From Candidatus Daviesbacteria bacterium (GTDB lineage Bacteria; Patescibacteriota; Microgenomatia; Daviesbacterales; UBA10151): a stretch of DNA of 64,000 bases. The stretch's first letter is position 1, and the number at the start of each line of letters is the position of its first letter. Under the pieces are notes generated by a model. That model had not been told where the DNA came from. It saw only the letters and a list, made by a program, of their open reading frames with translations, and made no database searches. Where the stretch lies: contig JACPDA010000005.1 in NCBI GenBank assembly GCA_016184225.1, positions 67,590 through 131,589 on the forward strand, in the 5' to 3' direction. The position numbers and the translations under genes are program-made. Below are positions 59,013 to 64,000 of this stretch, in pieces.

Positions 59013-59507
59013 ATGGCACGACCACCAAGCAAGCGAAAGGTTCTAACAGATTTAGTTCTTTTAGCTTTAGAGAAATCAATTGACGGGTATGTAGCGTTTG
59101 AAGATTTCATTTACAATCCACTGCTAGAAAGACCTGTTAAAAAATCAGTCCTTTCTCAGGTTATAAAAAGACTTCGGGATCAAGGTTTAGTGGAGTTTAT
59201 TAGTGATAATGAGTTAATTTTAAGATTGACTGATTCTGGTAGAGATAAAGCGCTATGGAAGAAGATGGCTCTCGGAGATGAGAAATGGGATGGGAAATGG
59301 CGGCTGGTAATATGGGATGTGCCGGAAAAAAGGAGATTGGCTAGGGATTTACTAAGGTTTAAACTTAAACAGTTAGGTTTTAAACAGTGGCAAAAAAGTG
59401 TTTGGGCTTCAAAGATAAACTGTACTAAGTTATTACGAGATTTTATCAAGCAAGTAGGAATAGAGGATTGGGTGATGGTGATTGAATCCGATAACGTAGG
59501 AGTTTAA
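59013..59507 (+). CDS. PaaX-like protein (wHTH + Cas2-like domain)
   Basis: IKRLRDQGLV..LTDSG followed by KWDGKWRLVIWDVPE..LR..L...GF..WQKSVW. Confidence 0.85.
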   Translation: MARPPSKRKVLTDLVLLALEKSIDGYVAFEDFIYNPLLERPVKKSVLSQVIKRLRDQGLVEFISDNELILRLTDSGRDKALWKKMALGDEKWDGKWRLVIWDVPEKRRLARDLLRFKLKQLGFKQWQKSVWASKINCTKLLRDFIKQVGIEDWVMVIESDNVGV

Positions 59508-59537
59508 ACATTTGTCCTCCGATCGTGGTACAAATGT
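59508..59537 (+). repeat. Right 30 bp palindromic repeat of PaaX-like gene 2
   Basis: ACATTTGT-CCTC-CGATCG-TGGT-ACAAATGT, starting right after the stop codon. Confidence 0.9.
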
Positions 59538-59590
59538 GACAAACAATGCAATCTAGACTTTTTTAACCGATTTATGTATAAGTTACTTCT

Positions 59591-62263
59591 ATGAATAAAT
59601 CTACAAAAAATGAAGTCAGGCTTCCGGTGCATGTTAAGCCTGAGCGGTACAGGATTATGCTCCGGCCGGATCTGGAGGGGTTTACATTTTACGGCGAAGA
59701 AACAATTTTTTTGGTTTTAGAAAAGCCCACCAAACAAATTACCCTGCATGCTGCTGAGCTGGAGATAGAATCGGCAGAATTTATACATGGTAACAAAGAG
59801 GTATGGGCTGGGAGGATTAATTATGATAAAAAAGCGGAAACTGCTACATTTACTTTTGCTAAAAATATTCAAAAAGGCAAAGGACAATTAAAGCTTGCTT
59901 TTAAGGGAATCTTGAATGATAAAATGCGGGGCTTTTACCGTTCCCGCTATGAAGTGAGTGGAGTATCAAAGCATCTGGCTACTACCCAGTTTGAATCAAC
60001 TGATGCCAGGAGGGCTTTTCCCAGCTTTGATGAACCCGCTCAAAAGGCTGTTTTCGATGTGACTTTAGTGGTTCCTGCCAAGACTGTGGCTATCTCCAAC
60101 ACCATTGAATCTAACATCCGAGAACATGAAAGCGGTTACAAGGTAATAGAGTTTGCCCCAACCCCGAAAATGTCTACTTATCTTTTAGCCTTTATTGTGG
60201 GGGAGTTTGAGAGTGTAGAAGTGCAAAGTGCAAAGGGCAAAGTGATAAGGGTTTTTACCACACCGGGTAAAAAAGAACAAGCCAGATTTGCCCTTGATGT
60301 AGCCGGAAAATGCTTGGATTTCTATGAACAATACTTTGGTATCTCTTACCCTTTGCCGGTGTTGGATCTTATTGCAATACCTGATTTTGCTGCCGGGGCC
60401 ATGGAAAACTGGGGAGCAGTGACATATCGCGAATCTTTGCTGTTAATTGATGAGGAGGCTTCCTCCACTGCCAATAAACAATGGGTGGCTTTAGTGATTG
60501 CCCATGAGCTGGCTCACCAGTGGTTTGGCAATTTAGTCACTATGGAGTGGTGGACCCACCTTTGGTTAAATGAAGGTTTTGCCTCATTTATTGAATTCTT
60601 GGCTATTGACCATATTTTCCCGGAGTGGGATATCTGGACCCAATTTGTAGGGAGCGAAATGGGTGAAGCTTTCTCGCTGGACGGCTTAAAAAACACCCAC
60701 CCGATTGAGGTGGAGGTGGGCCATCCGGCCGAGATTTCCGAGATTTTTGATAAGGTCAGCTATTCCAAAGGAGCCTCAATTCTGCGTATGCTTATGTCTT
60801 ATCTGGGGGAAAAAGATTTTCAAAAAGGGTTGCAATTTTATCTTAAAAAACATGCTTATGGAAATGCGGAGACCCAGGATTTGTGGAAAGCATTGGAAGA
60901 AGTTTCCGGGAAACCTGTTGGCAAGCTGATGAAAAACTGGACCTCAAAGCCCGGACATCCGGTGATAAGGTTACAGTCAACAGGCAGCAGGCTACAGTTA
61001 ACACAAAGCAGGTTTTTCTCCTCTCCAATTTCTAAAAGAAAGACGAAAGATGGTGCTGTCTGGAGTATTCCTATCACTGTCATTCTGGGGAGTTCTGCAA
61101 GGCAGAACGACTCCAGAATCGATTCTGGACAAGCCAGAATGACTAATCTATTAATGAATAAAAAATCCATGACTATTTCAGGAATTAAAGATAACGAGTG
61201 GATTAAATTAAATGCCGGGGAGGCGTCATTAGTTAGAGTTGATTATCCGCAGGAATATCTCAAGAAGCTGGAAGAGGCGGTTAAGAATGGAAAACTGCCT
61301 GCAGTGGACAGGTTGGGCCTAATCAGAGATTCTTTCTCTTTGGCAGAGTCAGGTCAAAGCCCAACCACTTTATCTTTGGAGCTGACTCAAAGTTACATGG
61401 GTGAAGAAGATTATACTGTTTGGGCTGAGCTGACGGGAAAACTGCTGCAGCTTGATTCTCTTTTAGCTCTGGAACCATTTTATCCGGATTTCAAAAAATA
61501 CGGCATAAAGATTTATCAAGATATAGGGGGTAAGCTAGGCTGGAAAGCAAGAAAAGGAGAAAAGCATACAGATTCCCTGCTGCGGGGTATGGTTTTAAAT
61601 ATGCTGGGAGGGTTTGGAGATGGGGAGACTATAAAGGTGGCTCAGGAATTATTTAGAGCTTATGTAGTACGTCATTCTGGGGAGCGCAGCGACTCCAGAA
61701 TCAAAGGGGGGGATTCTGGACAAGCCAGAATGACAAGTAGTCACGGCATTCATCCTGATTTAAAGGGAGTTGTTTACAATTTGGTGGCGGAAAACGGTGG
61801 AAAAAAAGAATTCGATACTTTGATGAAGATGTACAAGCAAGAGGAAAATCAACAGGAAAAAGATCGGATTGGCCGGGCTTTGGGGAAGTTTAAAATTAAA
61901 GCCCTTCTTTCTAAAACCCTGGATTTTTCTATTTCCAAGCATGTGAGATTCCAAAACAGTCTGCAAATTATTGCAGCTGTTTGGGCTAATCCGGTCGGCC
62001 GTTATCTGGCCTGGGAGTTTGTAAAAAAGAATTGGAAATTGTTAAAAGATAGGTATGCAGGGGGCCATTATTTTACCAAAGTTTTTGGACCGGCCGGAAG
62101 CTTTACCAAAAAAGTTGATGCCAAAGATATTGAATCCTTTGTCAAGAAAAATCCTGTCCCGGAAGCCAAAAGAACCATTGCCCAAGCCTTGGAACAGATT
62201 TATTCCAATGCAGAGTGGCTAAAAAGGGATAGACAGAAAATCAAAGATTTTCTGTTAAGATAA
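59591..62263 (+). CDS. pepN: M1 family aminopeptidase (puromycin-sensitive/ERAP-like)
   Basis: GAMENWG, HELAHQW..NEG, YSKG. Confidence 0.94.
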   Translation: MNKSTKNEVRLPVHVKPERYRIMLRPDLEGFTFYGEETIFLVLEKPTKQITLHAAELEIESAEFIHGNKEVWAGRINYDKKAETATFTFAKNIQKGKGQLKLAFKGILNDKMRGFYRSRYEVSGVSKHLATTQFESTDARRAFPSFDEPAQKAVFDVTLVVPAKTVAISNTIESNIREHESGYKVIEFAPTPKMSTYLLAFIVGEFESVEVQSAKGKVIRVFTTPGKKEQARFALDVAGKCLDFYEQYFGISYPLPVLDLIAIPDFAAGAMENWGAVTYRESLLLIDEEASSTANKQWVALVIAHELAHQWFGNLVTMEWWTHLWLNEGFASFIEFLAIDHIFPEWDIWTQFVGSEMGEAFSLDGLKNTHPIEVEVGHPAEISEIFDKVSYSKGASILRMLMSYLGEKDFQKGLQFYLKKHAYGNAETQDLWKALEEVSGKPVGKLMKNWTSKPGHPVIRLQSTGSRLQLTQSRFFSSPISKRKTKDGAVWSIPITVILGSSARQNDSRIDSGQARMTNLLMNKKSMTISGIKDNEWIKLNAGEASLVRVDYPQEYLKKLEEAVKNGKLPAVDRLGLIRDSFSLAESGQSPTTLSLELTQSYMGEEDYTVWAELTGKLLQLDSLLALEPFYPDFKKYGIKIYQDIGGKLGWKARKGEKHTDSLLRGMVLNMLGGFGDGETIKVAQELFRAYVVRHSGERSDSRIKGGDSGQARMTSSHGIHPDLKGVVYNLVAENGGKKEFDTLMKMYKQEENQQEKDRIGRALGKFKIKALLSKTLDFSISKHVRFQNSLQIIAAVWANPVGRYLAWEFVKKNWKLLKDRYAGGHYFTKVFGPAGSFTKKVDAKDIESFVKKNPVPEAKRTIAQALEQIYSNAEWLKRDRQKIKDFLLR
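61079..61143. repeat. GTCAT...ATGAC palindromic element in frame in pepN
   Basis: Homologous to 12654 and 61671. Confidence 0.85.
61671..61734. repeat. GTCAT...ATGAC palindromic element in frame in pepN
   Basis: Homologous to 12654 and 61079. Confidence 0.85.
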
Positions 62264-62306
62264 TTAGTGGATTAGTGAATCGGTGAGTTAGATCTAATTT
62301 ACTTTT

Positions 62307-62554
62307 ATGGCGAAAAGCTTTGAGGAGCTTGAAATTTGGAAAAAAGCACATGAGTTATCTATGAAACAATTCATTTCCTATACGACTCTCGTGCTTCAGC
62401 ACAGGAAGTCAGGAACTGTTTAATGTTAGCCAAGGATTTAAAAGAGATCGCTATGAGGATTGAAGAATTTGCTGTTTTTGATGTAGAATACATAGGATTA
62501 ATTAAAGGAATTAATGGGTTTGTGAGTTATCTGAGAAATAAAAACTCTAGTTAA
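62307..62554 (+). pseudogene. Four-helix-bundle gene with internal deletion and frameshift
   Basis: MAKSFEELEIWKKAHEL in one frame and FLYDSRASAQEVRNCL..AKDL..INGFVSYL in another; the central helix is missing. Confidence 0.8.
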
Positions 62555-62581
62555 CTAATCAACCAATTAACTAATTTACTT

Positions 62582-63154
62582 ATGTTGAATGTAACTGACC
62601 TTAGAAATGGCACTTTTTATAAAGAGGGGAAAGATATTCTTTTGGTTTTAACTTATGAGCATGTCAAAACCGGCCGGGGTTCCGGCAACATCAAGCTTAA
62701 GACCAGGAATATCAGGACGGGAGCTGTAACGGAAAAATCTTTTATTACCGGAGCCAGGGTTGATGAGGCTAATGTAGAAAAGGAAAAGGCTCAGTTTCTC
62801 TACAGAGATGGAGATTCGCCGGTTGGCGAATTTTATTTCATGGATCCAGTGAGTTTCGAACAGTTTGCAATCCCCGCGCAAGTGATAGGCGATCAGGCAA
62901 AATATTTAAAAGAGGGATTAGAAGTAATTTTGATTGTCTCGGATGGTGAAGCATTAGGACTAGAGCTTCCCATGAGCCTGGTTTATACCATATCTGAAAC
63001 CGGCCCGGGGGAAAAAGGCAATACTGTTTCCAATGTTTTTAAGGAAGCAACCTTGGACAATGGCCTAGTGGTTAAAGTTCCCATGTTCATGAATGTGGGG
63101 GAAAAGGTGAAAGTGGATACTAGGAGTGGGGAATATATAGAGAGAGTTAAATAA
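62582..63154 (+). CDS. efp: Elongation factor P
   Basis: HVKTGRG, FLYRDG, PGEKGNT, VPMF, VDTRSGEY. Confidence 0.95.
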   Translation: MLNVTDLRNGTFYKEGKDILLVLTYEHVKTGRGSGNIKLKTRNIRTGAVTEKSFITGARVDEANVEKEKAQFLYRDGDSPVGEFYFMDPVSFEQFAIPAQVIGDQAKYLKEGLEVILIVSDGEALGLELPMSLVYTISETGPGEKGNTVSNVFKEATLDNGLVVKVPMFMNVGEKVKVDTRSGEYIERVK

Positions 63155-63272
63155 ATTAACCTAATTACTAATTGACCTAATTTCTAAATAATGTCTAATG
63201 ACTTAATAACCAAATTTTAGACATTAGATCATTGGTGCTTGTTTAGAAATTAGAAATTAAAAATTAGAAATT
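63155..63272. repeat. Inverted degenerate arrays (CTAATTN / TTAGAAA) without an enclosed gene
   Basis: Occupies the efp-galU gap. Confidence 0.6.
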
Positions 63273-63294
63273 CTGCTCATGTTATACTTACACT

Positions 63295-64000
63295 ATGTCC
63301 AAAAAGATTACTAAAGCATTAATACCTGCGGCCGGGTTTGGCACCAGATTCCTTCCCCAAACCAAGGCCATGCCCAAGGAGATGCTGCCTATTGTGGATA
63401 AACCGGTTATCCAGTATGTGGTAGAAGAAATAGTGGGTTCCGGGATAGACAATATTATTATTGTGACCGGTGCCACCAAAAGAGCGATTGAAGACCACTT
63501 TGATGTGCCGAACGAAGATTTGGTTCAGAATTTAATGAATGGGAAAAAAGCCGAGATCCTGGAGCAGATCAAGCATATTTCCGATATGGCAAACTTCATT
63601 TATATCAGGCAGAAAGGTCCATATGGTAACGGTACGCCGGTGCTGTCCGGGGAATCGGTGATTGAAGATGAGCCGTTTGCTGCTATCTGGGGAGATGAGT
63701 TTATTTTAGCCGAGCCGCCAAGATTAAAACAGATGATTGATGTTTTTGAAAAATACGGCGGCATGGTGATTTCCGGAGTGAGAATCGAAAAAAAGGAGGA
63801 CTTAAGCCGCTACGGTATAGCAGATCTCGAGCCGGTGGAAGGCAATGTTTACAAAATCAAATCAATTGTAGAAAAACCGGATCCGGATAAAGCTCCCTCT
63901 AACCTGGCTACTCACGGCGCGTATATTTTGCCACCGGAAATCTTTAGCGCCCTAAAGCGGCTGACACCGGGTCAAAACGGGGAGATTTGGCTGGTTGATG
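63295..64000 (+). CDS. galU: UTP-glucose-1-phosphate uridylyltransferase (3' partial)
   Basis: PAAGFGTRFLPQTKAMPKEMLP, IEDHFD, VEKP; runs off the window, so absent from the ORF track. Confidence 0.93.
   Translation, partial: MSKKITKALIPAAGFGTRFLPQTKAMPKEMLPIVDKPVIQYVVEEIVGSGIDNIIIVTGATKRAIEDHFDVPNEDLVQNLMNGKKAEILEQIKHISDMANFIYIRQKGPYGNGTPVLSGESVIEDEPFAAIWGDEFILAEPPRLKQMIDVFEKYGGMVISGVRIEKKEDLSRYGIADLEPVEGNVYKIKSIVEKPDPDKAPSNLATHGAYILPPEIFSALKRLTPGQNGEIWLVD

Noticed and set aside
24956-59507. CRISPR-Cas system suggested by the Cas2-like domains
   Set aside because: No cas1 or effector genes and no regularly spaced repeat-spacer array; each gene has only two flanking repeats, about 530-560 bp apart.
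58819-59537. tRNA-targeted integrative island
   Set aside because: No integrase and no duplicated tRNA 3' end; the cassette lies on the tRNA 5' side.

Overview
Gene-dense, AT-rich bacterial chromosomal segment in the standard genetic code. Gene content and style (stand-alone PaaX/Cas2-like genes, near-leaderless promoters, many orphan genes) suggest a Patescibacteria/CPR genome, probably Microgenomates-like; this is inference only. From left to right: glyA-folD-ybaB-recR-cysS-cmk; an approximately 21 kb de novo purine cluster (purF, purN-purD fusion, purS-like/purL, purQ, guaA, purA, two purP-family genes, purH, purB, purE, purC, prs, purM); envelope and secreted-protein genes; then ychF, rpsF-ssb-rpsR, ctpA, htrA, prmC-prfA-rpmE, hisS, dnaB, tRNA-Leu(CAA), pepN, efp and a partial galU. 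Structure that the gene calls do not explain: (1) both PaaX/Cas2-like genes are bracketed by their own direct-repeated sites with a CGATCG core, and one pair shows compensatory arm changes; (2) four-helix-bundle genes are enclosed by mutually inverted 7-8 nt tandem arrays, and several gene-less copies of the same architecture occur; (3) many small palindromic elements sit in frame inside housekeeping genes; (4) there are two candidate structured RNAs. No CRISPR array, transposase, integrase or reverse transcriptase was recognised. All calls come from reading the sequence; no database search was run.
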